Assembly: GCA_035996525.1 (NCBI GenBank)
Contig: DASYJK010000100.1
Location: forward strand, 1 to 61,591
Direction of reading: 5' to 3'
Source of the DNA: Solirubrobacterales bacterium
Lineage (GTDB): Bacteria > Actinomycetota > Thermoleophilia > Solirubrobacterales > 70-9
DNA: 61,591 nt
The notes below the pieces were generated by a model. That model ran no database searches. It was not told the origin of the DNA and saw only the letters and a list, made by a program, of their open reading frames with translations. Below, piece after piece: positions 19,208 through 27,333 of this stretch; the first letter of the stretch is position 1; every line of letters begins with the position of its first letter. The position numbers and the translations under genes were made by a program.

Positions 19208-20611
19208 TCAATGCTTGTGGTGGCGGTGGCCTTTCTTTCTCACGCACTTGCCGTGCTTGAGCTTCTTGCCTTTCTTACATTTCTTGTGCTTGGGCTTCGG
19301 CTTCGGTTGGGGAGGGGGGCCGGCCGCCACGGCCGGAGTCGTAAAGCCGATGTCGGTACCGAAAGCATTGAGTCCGACCGCGTCTAGGGCAACGATCCGG
19401 TAGTGATACGTCGTGGCGGGCGACAAGCCCGGAATCGTCTGCGAGACGACGTGGTCTGAACCATCCGCGCCTACAGCCGCCGATGCGACGGGGATCTTGG
19501 ACCCGTAGGAGCCGGTCGGTCCGTATTCGAAGTAGTAGCTCGTTGCGTTCGAGTTCGGATTGACCGTGCCGTTGAGCGTCGCGCTCGTGGCCGATACCGC
19601 CGTGGCTGGACCGGTAGTCGCGTTCGGTGCGATCACTTTCGTCACGACGCCCGGGAAGCCGGCGGCGTCAGGACTGGAGCCTTCGCCGTGGGGGCAGCAG
19701 CTGCTGGTGGTCCTCACTCCTGACGCTCCCCCGCCAGTGTTGGCGGTTCCGCTCGCCATCAGGGTCTTGAACTGGTAGGCGATCCGGCCTCCACTGCCGC
19801 CCCCGCCATCGCCACAGCACCCACCCAATCCGCCGGCGCCGCCTGAGGCATCAAGGGTCCCGGTCACCTCGACGAGGTCTCCATGGATGAGAATCGCTCC
19901 ACCCGAGCCTCCACCCGATGCGCCCCCGGCCCCGGTGGCGCCCCCACCACCGCGCGCGACCACCGTGCCGCTGATCGTGACCGAGGAGCCGAACAGTGCC
20001 ACGGCGCCGCCGCCTCCGCCACCACCGGTAGTGGCGCCCCCCCCACCGCCGCTGCCGCCCTGCAGGGATGCGTTGAGATCCCCATATGAGCCGCCTCCGG
20101 TGCCAACCGGGCTGCTGTTGGCGGGAACGCGGCCGCCTCTGGCCCCGGCTCCCCCGAATCCACCGCCACCGCCACCGTTATTGATGTCGGCAGTGCCGCC
20201 TCCGCCTCCGGGACCGAGGCCCGGAACGTTGGTAGTGGAACCGCCGGCTCCGCCACCCGGGCCACCGGGATTCGCGGCGGCGGTGAAGTCAGTGGCACTG
20301 ACGCCGTCGGCATTGATGATGCCGGCCATGGCGAGACTGCCGGTGGCCAGGAGCTTGAACGGACGGGCGCCTTGTACGTTGAGCGTCGCTCCAGCGGGAA
20401 TGCTCACGTTGTCGAAGCTGAACACCGCAACGCCCCCTTGATCGGTGCCCATCGTGTTCGTCGCCGGTCCGCTGAACGTCAGCGCGGTCGTGTCGACCGT
20501 GTAGGTGCCGGCGCCGAGATTCAGGTCGGCCGCGCTCGCGCTCGCTCCTCCGGCCAGGGCAAACAGCATGCCGAGGACGGCGACTAGGCAAATTCCTGCT
20601 CTCTTTGGCAA
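19208..20611 (-). CDS. Secreted glycine-rich (beta-helix-like) protein with FN3-like domain and Lys/His-rich C-terminal tail
   Basis: Signal peptide MPKRAGICLVAVLGMLFALAGGASASA; long GGxGG tracts alternating with short beta strands; ...TSYYFEYGPTGSYG...TTYHYRIVA (FN3-like); tail PKPKPKHKKCKKGKKLKHGKCVRKKGHRHHKH. Confidence 0.7.
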   Translation of the reverse strand: MPKRAGICLVAVLGMLFALAGGASASAADLNLGAGTYTVDTTALTFSGPATNTMGTDQGGVAVFSFDNVSIPAGATLNVQGARPFKLLATGSLAMAGIINADGVSATDFTAAANPGGPGGGAGGSTTNVPGLGPGGGGGTADINNGGGGGGFGGAGARGGRVPANSSPVGTGGGSYGDLNASLQGGSGGGGGATTGGGGGGGAVALFGSSVTISGTVVARGGGGATGAGGASGGGSGGAILIHGDLVEVTGTLDASGGAGGLGGCCGDGGGGSGGRIAYQFKTLMASGTANTGGGASGVRTTSSCCPHGEGSSPDAAGFPGVVTKVIAPNATTGPATAVSATSATLNGTVNPNSNATSYYFEYGPTGSYGSKIPVASAAVGADGSDHVVSQTIPGLSPATTYHYRIVALDAVGLNAFGTDIGFTTPAVAAGPPPQPKPKPKHKKCKKGKKLKHGKCVRKKGHRHHKH

Positions 20612-20677
20612 CGGGGCTCCCCTGTTCAGCGACGGTTGAGGTGTCGTACGTCGCTTTGCAGCGTACCCGCGGAAGCC

Positions 20678-20947
20678 TTACTTGACCAGGGGCCGCTCGC
20701 GGTGCTTGCAGCCCGGCCAGCAACAAGGTCGGCGCTGGCCTTCTTCCAGCTCCTCCCGGGTCCGGCGAATGCGCCGTTCGCGAGTCTTCGCCTGCTTGGC
20801 GTCCTCGACCCAGCAGATGAACTCGTTGCGGGCCAGGGGCGTGATGTCCTCCCAGGCGTCGAGGACCGTGGCGTCGGCGATCAGCGCCTCCCGCAGGTCC
20901 GCGGGCAGCTCGTGCACGACGCCACCGGGGACTTGCTGAGTGCCCAT
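20678..20947 (-). CDS. YdeI/OmpD-associated (OmdA) family protein
   Basis: LPADLREALIADATVLDAWEDITPLARNEFICWVEDAKQAKTRERRI; ATG 20947 preferred over 21007. Confidence 0.7.
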   Translation of the reverse strand: MGTQQVPGGVVHELPADLREALIADATVLDAWEDITPLARNEFICWVEDAKQAKTRERRIRRTREELEEGQRRPCCWPGCKHRERPLVK

Positions 20948-20993
20948 CGAGCGATCGTACCCTCGGTCGAGCGGGCGCAGTACCGTCAGCCCG

Positions 20994-21872
20994 ATGCGGA
21001 TCGCCACCTGGAACGTGAACTCGGTGAAGCAGCGGCTGCCACGATTGCTCCCGTGGCTGGACGAACGCGCTCCGGACGTGGTCTGCCTGCAGGAGACGAA
21101 GCTCGCCGACGGGGCTCTGCTCGACCTGCTCGCCGACGAGCTGACGGACCGCGGCTACGAGGTTGCCGTCCACGGTGAGGCGAGCTGGAACGGCGTCGCG
21201 ATCTTCTCGCGCGTCGGGTTGGAGGACGTGGTGCCGGGCCTTGTGGGCGCGCCCGGCTTCCCGCACCCCGAGGCGCGGGCGCTGGCGGCTACCTGCGGCG
21301 GGATCCGGGTCTACTCGGTCTACGTGCCGAACGGGCGTGAGCCGGGCTCCGAGCACTACGAGTACAAGCTCGCCTGGCTGGCCGCGCTGCGCGACGCGGT
21401 GGAGGCGGAGCCCGAGGCGACGGTCGTCTGCGGCGACGTCAACATCGCCCCGACCGACGAGGACGTGTTCGACCCGGCTGCCTACGCGGGGGAGACGCAC
21501 GTGACGGCGCCCGAGCGGGCCGCGCTGGCGGAGCTGCGGGCGCTGGGACTGCGCGACATCGTCCGCGACCGCTGGCCGGACGAGCGAATCTTCAGCTACT
21601 GGGACTACCGGGCCGGGATGTTCCACCGCGACCTGGGGATGCGGATCGACCTGATCCTCGCTGCCGCACCCGTCGCCGCACGGGTCCGCGCCGCCTGGGT
21701 CGACCGGCAGGCGCGCAAAGGCAAAGGCCCGAGCGACCACGCACCGGTGATCGTCGATCTCGACGAGGCTCCCGACGGCGACATCGGCCCCGTCGTGCCG
21801 CCGCCGTCGGCGCCGGTCACGGAGCGGGGAGCGGCCAGGCTGCCGCAGTCGCGGCCCGGGGATGGCTCGTAA
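20994..21872 (+). CDS. xthA: Exodeoxyribonuclease III
   Basis: MRIATWNVNSVKQRLP.LL.WL....PDVVCLQETK, ...SDHAPVIVDL. Confidence 0.9.
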   Translation: MRIATWNVNSVKQRLPRLLPWLDERAPDVVCLQETKLADGALLDLLADELTDRGYEVAVHGEASWNGVAIFSRVGLEDVVPGLVGAPGFPHPEARALAATCGGIRVYSVYVPNGREPGSEHYEYKLAWLAALRDAVEAEPEATVVCGDVNIAPTDEDVFDPAAYAGETHVTAPERAALAELRALGLRDIVRDRWPDERIFSYWDYRAGMFHRDLGMRIDLILAAAPVAARVRAAWVDRQARKGKGPSDHAPVIVDLDEAPDGDIGPVVPPPSAPVTERGAARLPQSRPGDGS

Positions 21873-22000
21873 CCGGACGGGCAATCACCGGTGTAGGCGT
21901 ACGCGGTTTGGCGTAGATGGGGGAGCCGATTGGGAAAGACATCCAACTACGATCCCCGGTCCGACCGAGGATCACCCAGCGACCGCAAGGAGTTACCTGG

Positions 22001-22564
22001 ATGAAAGCCCGCATCGTTGCCGTCCTGTTCGCCACCGTGGCGCTTGCCCTTCCGGCAGCCGCCCAGGCGACGTTGCCGAAGACGACCAACACCCTGATCG
22101 TGCCGGGGAAGTCGATCGGCGGGGTCGCTCTCGGTGGGTCGGTCGCGTCGGTGACGAAAGCCTGGGGCCCGAACAAAACCTGCGAATACCAGTGCCTGTA
22201 AGAAGGCAAAGCGGGCCCGACCGAATCGGCCGCCCTGGGAAGTGCTCTGCTGGAGACCGGCGCCAAAGGCGGTGCGTCCAAGGTCTGGGAGGTCTTCATC
22301 GATGTCGGCCAGAACGACACCGGGACGAATCCGACCCCGAACTTCAACACCCCGCTGACCCGGTTCAAGACGGCCAAGGGGATCGGCCTCGGCTCGAAGG
22401 TGAGCGAACTCAAGCAGGCCTACCACGCGGCTAAAAAGCAGGCCGTCGGTGCCGGCCTGACCCTCTACACGATCAAGGGCCCGAAGGAAATCGCGACGAT
22501 CTTCACCGTCGGCGCTACCGGCCAGGTCACCGGGATCAACGTCGAGTCCCATCCAGGCGGCTGA
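22001..22564 (+). pseudogene. Secreted/lipoprotein-like gene interrupted by an in-frame TAA (22199..22201)
   Basis: AAGGAG + ATG 22001, signal peptide MKARIVAVLFATVALALPAAAQA; after ...CEYQCL-TAA the same frame stays open with GC3-rich codons (EGKAGPTES...FKTAKGIGLGSKVSELKQAY...GINVESHPGG) to TGA 22564. Confidence 0.6.
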
Positions 22565-22966
22565 GCCGACCGCACCCCAGGGCCCAGGGCTTCTAGCGGC
22601 GGGCTTGCTTGCCTTGATCGTCGCCGGCAGCGTCCCGGTCACCGAGCGCTGGCCCTCGGTGACCTCGAGCTTCGGTCCAGTTGCGATCAGCGCCAAGTGC
22701 TTTTTCGCCGCGAAGAGCGCGGGGCGCCGGCGGCTTTGATCTGTTTGCCGGTCAAGAGGTTGTAGAAGAAGGCGCGGCCCTCGCAGCTTTCTTCTTCAGG
22801 ACCGACCGGCGGGCAGTGCAGGTGGTGGGCAGCGCCCGGTTCTCTCGGCCCTCCAGCACCGTGGGCCGGGACTGGAAGGCCCTTGTGACAGCGGCAAGAT
22901 GACCTTCTCCGCCACGCACGAATAGCTCCTGCCGACGATGACCCCTATTCCGGTACCTCGACGACC

Positions 22967-23285
22967 ATGGGCCAGAGCTTCGAAACGAAGGGCGGGGTGT
23001 ACGTCCGCAAAGGAAACGTCAGCCTCAACGTCTCGGTCCGCGCGCTGATGAGCTGCGCCGATGGCAGCACGGAAACCCTCGATCAGGGATTCGTCGCCAG
23101 GCCAAGGCAAAACCTTCGAAGTCAAAGCGAGCGGCGCCAGCGGATCCACCGGCTATTACCACTACGAACTGAGCGGCAAGTTCACCAGCAGGACCTCGTT
23201 CAGCGGCACCTTCAACGTCAAAGGCACCTCGAACGCGGCGGGCAGCTGCTCGGGCACGAGCCAGTTTTCGCTCAAGAAGGGATAG
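22967..23285 (+). pseudogene. Frameshifted remnant of a small beta-rich protein gene
   Basis: Frame of 22967 reads ...MGQSFETKGGVYVRKGNVSLNVSVRALMSCADGSTETLDQGFVA, then sense continues in the frame of 23061..23285 (GQGKTFEVKASGASGSTGYYHYELSGKFTSRTSFSGTFNVKGTS...SLKKG*); shift near 23095. Confidence 0.35.
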
Positions 23286-23326
23286 GAAGCTTAATGACTC
23301 GAATATGGGTCAATAAATAGGTTAAT

Positions 23327-23342
23327 AACTCATATATGAGTT
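23327..23342. promoter_or_regulatory. Perfect 16-bp palindrome in AT-rich hipBA promoter (candidate HipB operator)
   Basis: AACTCATATATGAGTT, 21 nt upstream of the hipB-like ATG, inside a roughly 70-nt AT-rich island in otherwise GC-rich DNA. Confidence 0.5.
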
Positions 23343-23363
23343 TTATATGCTAGGTTATTGAGC

Positions 23364-23735
23364 ATGGCAGAGGACTCTCCCAACGAGGCAGGAATTGAAA
23401 GGGAGAGGCGGTTACGGCGCACTCCTCCCGCAATTAGACGAGCCACGCGTGGTTTGGCCAAAGACATCGCTGCCTGGCGCAAGCTGCGTGGGCTTACCCA
23501 GGCGCAGTTGGCGGATCGTGCCGGCATTGGGCGGGCAACGCTTGCTCGCTTCGAGCAGGGCGACGGCGGAATCAGCCTGGAGAGTCTCCTGCGAGTACTC
23601 CGTGCCCTGGGCATCTTGGAGAATTTGATCAGGGCGCTGGATCCCCATGAATCGGACATCGGGCGGTTGCGCTCCGATGAAGAGCTGCCGCGGCGTGTTC
23701 GACCGTTGAGCTTGACCGGGGAGGAAGATGCCTGA
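23364..23735 (+). CDS. hipB: XRE-family HTH antitoxin (HipB-like)
   Basis: IAAWRKLRGLTQAQLADRAGIGRATLARFEQGDGGISLESLLRVLRALG; overlaps the hipA start by 8 nt. Confidence 0.8.
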   Translation: MAEDSPNEAGIERERRLRRTPPAIRRATRGLAKDIAAWRKLRGLTQAQLADRAGIGRATLARFEQGDGGISLESLLRVLRALGILENLIRALDPHESDIGRLRSDEELPRRVRPLSLTGEEDA

Positions 23736-24990
23736 CCGGGCGGTTGAAGTCTTCGTACAGCTTGCCGGGAAGGACGTGCGCGCCGGCCGGCTCTGGTCCC
23801 ATCGGCGCCAAAACGTCGAGTCGGCCACCTTTGTCTATGCCGCCGAATATCTTGCGAGAAGAGACAGCTATTCGCTGGACCCAGCGCTCCCTCTTGTCTC
23901 GGGCCAGCTTCAAACTCCTGCAAGCCGGAACATCTTCGGGGCACTCTCTGACTGCTCACCTGACCGCTGGGGAAGAATGCTCATCCGCCGGCGCCACGGC
24001 AAGACCGAGGTGGACGACAACACTGGGGATCAGAGCTTTGGCGAGATCGACTACCTCCTCGGCGTCCGCGATGACCTGCGCCAAGGTGCGCTCCGATTTC
24101 GCGATCCCGACGCTGGCGAGTTCCTGGCTGATGAGGAGGAGGGCGTCCCGCATCTCATCGACCTGCCGCGCCTGCTCGACTACGCCGACCGCGCTGAACG
24201 CGACGTCGCGAACCAGGAGGAGCTCGACATCTTGCTCAAGGGTGGGAGCTCCTTGGGCGGCGCTCGCCCGAAGGCCCACGTGATCGATCGGAAGGGGCGC
24301 ATTGCCATAGCGAAGTTCCCGAAGTCCGAAGGCGATGAATGGGACGTGACTGGTTGGGAGGCCGTCACGCTCAGCCTGGCAAGAGAGGCTGGAATCAACG
24401 CCGCCTCCTCTGAGCTCGAGGAGATAGCCGGCCGGCCGGTCCATATCGTCGATCGCTTTGACCGCCGGGGTGGCCTGCGGGTTGGATACGCGAGCGCGAT
24501 GACGCTGCTGGAGGCGACCGATGGGGAGTCCCGCAGCTACCTCGACCTCGTGGAGGTGATCGAAGAAAATTCCGATCGAGCCACGGCCGACCTTCGCGAG
24601 CTATGGCGTCGAATTGCCTTCTCGATCCTGGTCAGCAACACGGATGACCACCTTCGAAACCACGGCTTTCTGCGAGCCACCAGCGGCGGCTGGTCGCTCT
24701 CGCCGGCGTTTGACATCAACCCGAATCCCGAACCAGGGCCGAAGTTCCTACATACCTCCATCGATGGCAGATCAAATGCCGCGAGCATCGACCTCCTCCT
24801 GGGCGTCGCGGAGTTCTTTCGCCTGGATCGAGAGGAAGCCCAGGGGATCCTCGTCGAGGTCAGCGAGGCAACCAGCCGCTGGCAGGAGGCAGCACGCCGC
24901 CTCGGTTTCGATCGCGCCTCAATCGACCAGATGCGACCCGCGTTCGAGCACGAATCGGCTGACCTTGTCCGCGATCAGATTGCTGTTTGA
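23728..24990 (+). CDS. hipA: HipA-family Ser/Thr kinase toxin
   Basis: Coupling domain (…VGRLW…FVYAAEYL), SDCSPDRWGR, GGSSLGGARPKA, VDRFDRR, NTDDHLRNHGFL, SPAFDINPNP. Confidence 0.9.
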   Translation: MPDRAVEVFVQLAGKDVRAGRLWSHRRQNVESATFVYAAEYLARRDSYSLDPALPLVSGQLQTPASRNIFGALSDCSPDRWGRMLIRRRHGKTEVDDNTGDQSFGEIDYLLGVRDDLRQGALRFRDPDAGEFLADEEEGVPHLIDLPRLLDYADRAERDVANQEELDILLKGGSSLGGARPKAHVIDRKGRIAIAKFPKSEGDEWDVTGWEAVTLSLAREAGINAASSELEEIAGRPVHIVDRFDRRGGLRVGYASAMTLLEATDGESRSYLDLVEVIEENSDRATADLRELWRRIAFSILVSNTDDHLRNHGFLRATSGGWSLSPAFDINPNPEPGPKFLHTSIDGRSNAASIDLLLGVAEFFRLDREEAQGILVEVSEATSRWQEAARRLGFDRASIDQMRPAFEHESADLVRDQIAV

Positions 24991-26942
24991 GAGCAGATCC
25001 TGTGACGGAACCCCAAGCACCAAGTGACGGAGTCCTGGAGAGACGAGATGGGAGAACGCCGGGATCGCGACCTGGACGGACACTCGCTTTGTGCCTGGGA
25101 GCCGTCCTCCTGGGACTCGCTTTCGCGCGGTGGACGCCGACCGCCACGGCCGCCGCCGCGCCGACCTGTCTCGGCAGGCCCGCGACGATCGCCGGCCACG
25201 GTGTGCTCCACGGCACCGGCCATGCCGACGTGATCGTCGGCAGCCAGGGAGCCGACACGATCATCGGCGGTGGTGGCAACGACCGGATCTGTGCCGCCGG
25301 TGGTGGCGACACGATCGAAGGTGGCGAAGGGAGTGACCGGATCGACGCGGGCTCGGGCGATGACGAAGTGATCGGCGGCAACGGCTCCGACTTCGTCCTC
25401 GCCGGCCCAGGTGCCGACACCGTCTTCGGCAGGCGTGGCAACGACCGTCTCTACGGCGGCCCGGCGACCGACTATCTGGGCTCGGGGCTGGGCGACGACA
25501 CCCTCGACGGCGGCCCGGGCGGCGACGATCAGGTGATCGGCGGGGTCGGCAACGACCATCTCTCCGGCGGCCCCGGTGACGGCGACGTGCTCGAGGGCGA
25601 CTACGGGACCGATTCGATCGATGGCGGGCCGGGCGTCGAAGACACCGCCTCCTTCGCGATGGCCGGCACCGGCGGGACCGCATCCGGCACCAGCAACGGG
25701 GTCGACGTCGACCTGGCGACCGGGACCGCCGACGGCGACGGCTCAGACACCGTCAGCGGCATCGAGGACGTGGTCGGCAGCCCCTTCGCCGACACGCTCG
25801 TCGGCGACGCCGGACCGAACAGGCTCTTCGGTGGCGGCGGGATCGATGAACTCCTCGGCGGTGGAGGCGGCGACCAGGCCTTCGGCGGCAGCGGCCTCGA
25901 CCGCTGCCTCGAAGCCGCCGTCGCCGAATCGTGCGAGATGAGCGGCGGCCGCGCCCACGACGCGCTCGGCGAAGCGATCCTTCTTGAACTGGTCCAACCG
26001 CAGCCATTCCACCCCACGCTCGAGGTCGACCTCGCGGGCCGGTTGGGCGTCCTCACCGCCGTCGTCGAATGGGGCATCCACCTGGAGAACCAGGCGGGCA
26101 TCCAGATGCACGTCTCCTTCGCCGAAGGCGCCTGGATCGTCGAAGAGCATGGCGTGCCGATCGCCGCCGGCGAAGGCTGTGCGCTCGCCGGCCCGCAGGC
26201 GGCGCGCTGCCCGATCGCGACGGTGCCGACCGGGCTCTTCCTCAACGGCAGCGGTGGCGCCGACACGATCGTCGTCGAACCCTCGGTGCCAGTCACGGCC
26301 TCGGCGACGATCATCGGCGGCCTCGGCATCGACGAACTGGTCGGCGGCGCCGGCGACGACAGCCTCGACGCCAACGCCGGCGGAGTCGCCGGCGACGTCG
26401 TGCGGGGGGGACCCGGCGACGACGCGCTCACCGGCGCCACGGTGGTGGAGGGCGCCGGCGGCTCCGACCTGCTGATCGCCGCGCCCTGCGAAGAGACGAT
26501 CGACGGCGGGCCGGGGATCGACAGCGTCTCCTTCGCCCGCATGAAGCAGGGGGTCGAAGCGACGCTCGGCGGCACCGCCGGCTTCGCCCCGGGCCCGGGG
26601 CTGATCGGCGGCTGCGGATTCGGAGGCCCGCCTTCGACCCAGATCTCCAGTTCGGTCGAGAGCATCGAGGGCAGCGCCTTCGGCGACCTGCTCGACGGCG
26701 ACTCCGGCCCCAACATCATCCTCGGCCGCGGCGGCGATGACACCATCCACGGCGCCGCCGGCGCCGACTTCCTGGTCGGCGGCCTCGGCATCGACTCGAT
26801 CCACGGCGACGGTGGCGCCGATCGCCTCTACGCCCGCGACAACGGGCCCGACCGGGCGATCGACTGCGGCTCCGGAATCCGGGGCGACGTCGCCTTCACC
26901 GACCCCTCCGACCCTCCGGCCCGAGGCTGCGCCACGCCCTAG
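24987..26942 (+). CDS. Secreted calcium-binding protein with hemolysin-type (RTX) nonapeptide repeats
   Basis: Hydrophobic signal LALCLGAVLLGLAFA; dozens of GGxGxDxL/I repeats (GGGGNDRI, GGEGSDRID, GGNGSDFV ...). Start uncertain (TTG 24987 or GTG 25002). Confidence 0.8.
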   Translation: MRADPVTEPQAPSDGVLERRDGRTPGSRPGRTLALCLGAVLLGLAFARWTPTATAAAAPTCLGRPATIAGHGVLHGTGHADVIVGSQGADTIIGGGGNDRICAAGGGDTIEGGEGSDRIDAGSGDDEVIGGNGSDFVLAGPGADTVFGRRGNDRLYGGPATDYLGSGLGDDTLDGGPGGDDQVIGGVGNDHLSGGPGDGDVLEGDYGTDSIDGGPGVEDTASFAMAGTGGTASGTSNGVDVDLATGTADGDGSDTVSGIEDVVGSPFADTLVGDAGPNRLFGGGGIDELLGGGGGDQAFGGSGLDRCLEAAVAESCEMSGGRAHDALGEAILLELVQPQPFHPTLEVDLAGRLGVLTAVVEWGIHLENQAGIQMHVSFAEGAWIVEEHGVPIAAGEGCALAGPQAARCPIATVPTGLFLNGSGGADTIVVEPSVPVTASATIIGGLGIDELVGGAGDDSLDANAGGVAGDVVRGGPGDDALTGATVVEGAGGSDLLIAAPCEETIDGGPGIDSVSFARMKQGVEATLGGTAGFAPGPGLIGGCGFGGPPSTQISSSVESIEGSAFGDLLDGDSGPNIILGRGGDDTIHGAAGADFLVGGLGIDSIHGDGGADRLYARDNGPDRAIDCGSGIRGDVAFTDPSDPPARGCATP

Positions 26943-27121
26943 ATCGCGCCACCGCCGGCCGGGCTGACCCGAAAAGCGTGCGCGCGCGGATTCCGAGGTC
27001 ACGGTGACTCGCCGTCCCGATGAGCGCGGCGGGTTCGGTTCCGGCGTCGTAGAAAATGCCGCTGCCGTTGGTTCAAAGTTCCCCGGGAATACGAAGCTGC
27101 GCGTTGCGGGGGGTGTGGGTG

Positions 27122-27165
27122 AGTGGAGCTAGGCGGATTCGAACCGCCGACCTCCTGGGTGCGAT
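27122..27165 (-). repeat. att repeat: orphan 3' half of tRNA-Ala(CGC) (far end of island)
   Basis: AGTGGAGCTAGGCGGATTCGAACCGCCGACCTCCTGGGTGCGAT is identical to 51144..51187; no D-arm/5' acceptor follows, so it is not a functional tRNA. Confidence 0.85.
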
Positions 27166-27333
27166 GTCACTGCTCTGGACGCATTTTGGCAGCGAAAACC
27201 TGCTGATTTGCAGGACTTTACGTATAGCAGTCGGAGCGTTCTGAACTCGCAGATATGCGCGGATTAGCGGCGATGGTGGGCGTTTCGGGCACTCTGCACC
27301 GCGAGTGCCCGGGCTCAGGGCCAAACACCGGCC

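Noticed and set aside
19860-20320. Possible tandem DNA repeat or CRISPR-like periodicity in the GGC/GCC-rich stretch
   Set aside because: The periodicity comes from poly-Gly codons inside a coding sequence. There are no conserved repeat units or unique spacers, and I saw no CRISPR array anywhere in the window.
27122-27165. A second tRNA-Ala gene
   Set aside because: Only the anticodon loop-to-3'-end portion is present. The sequence beyond 27165 cannot form the D arm or the 5' acceptor strand. I interpret it as an att remnant, not a gene.
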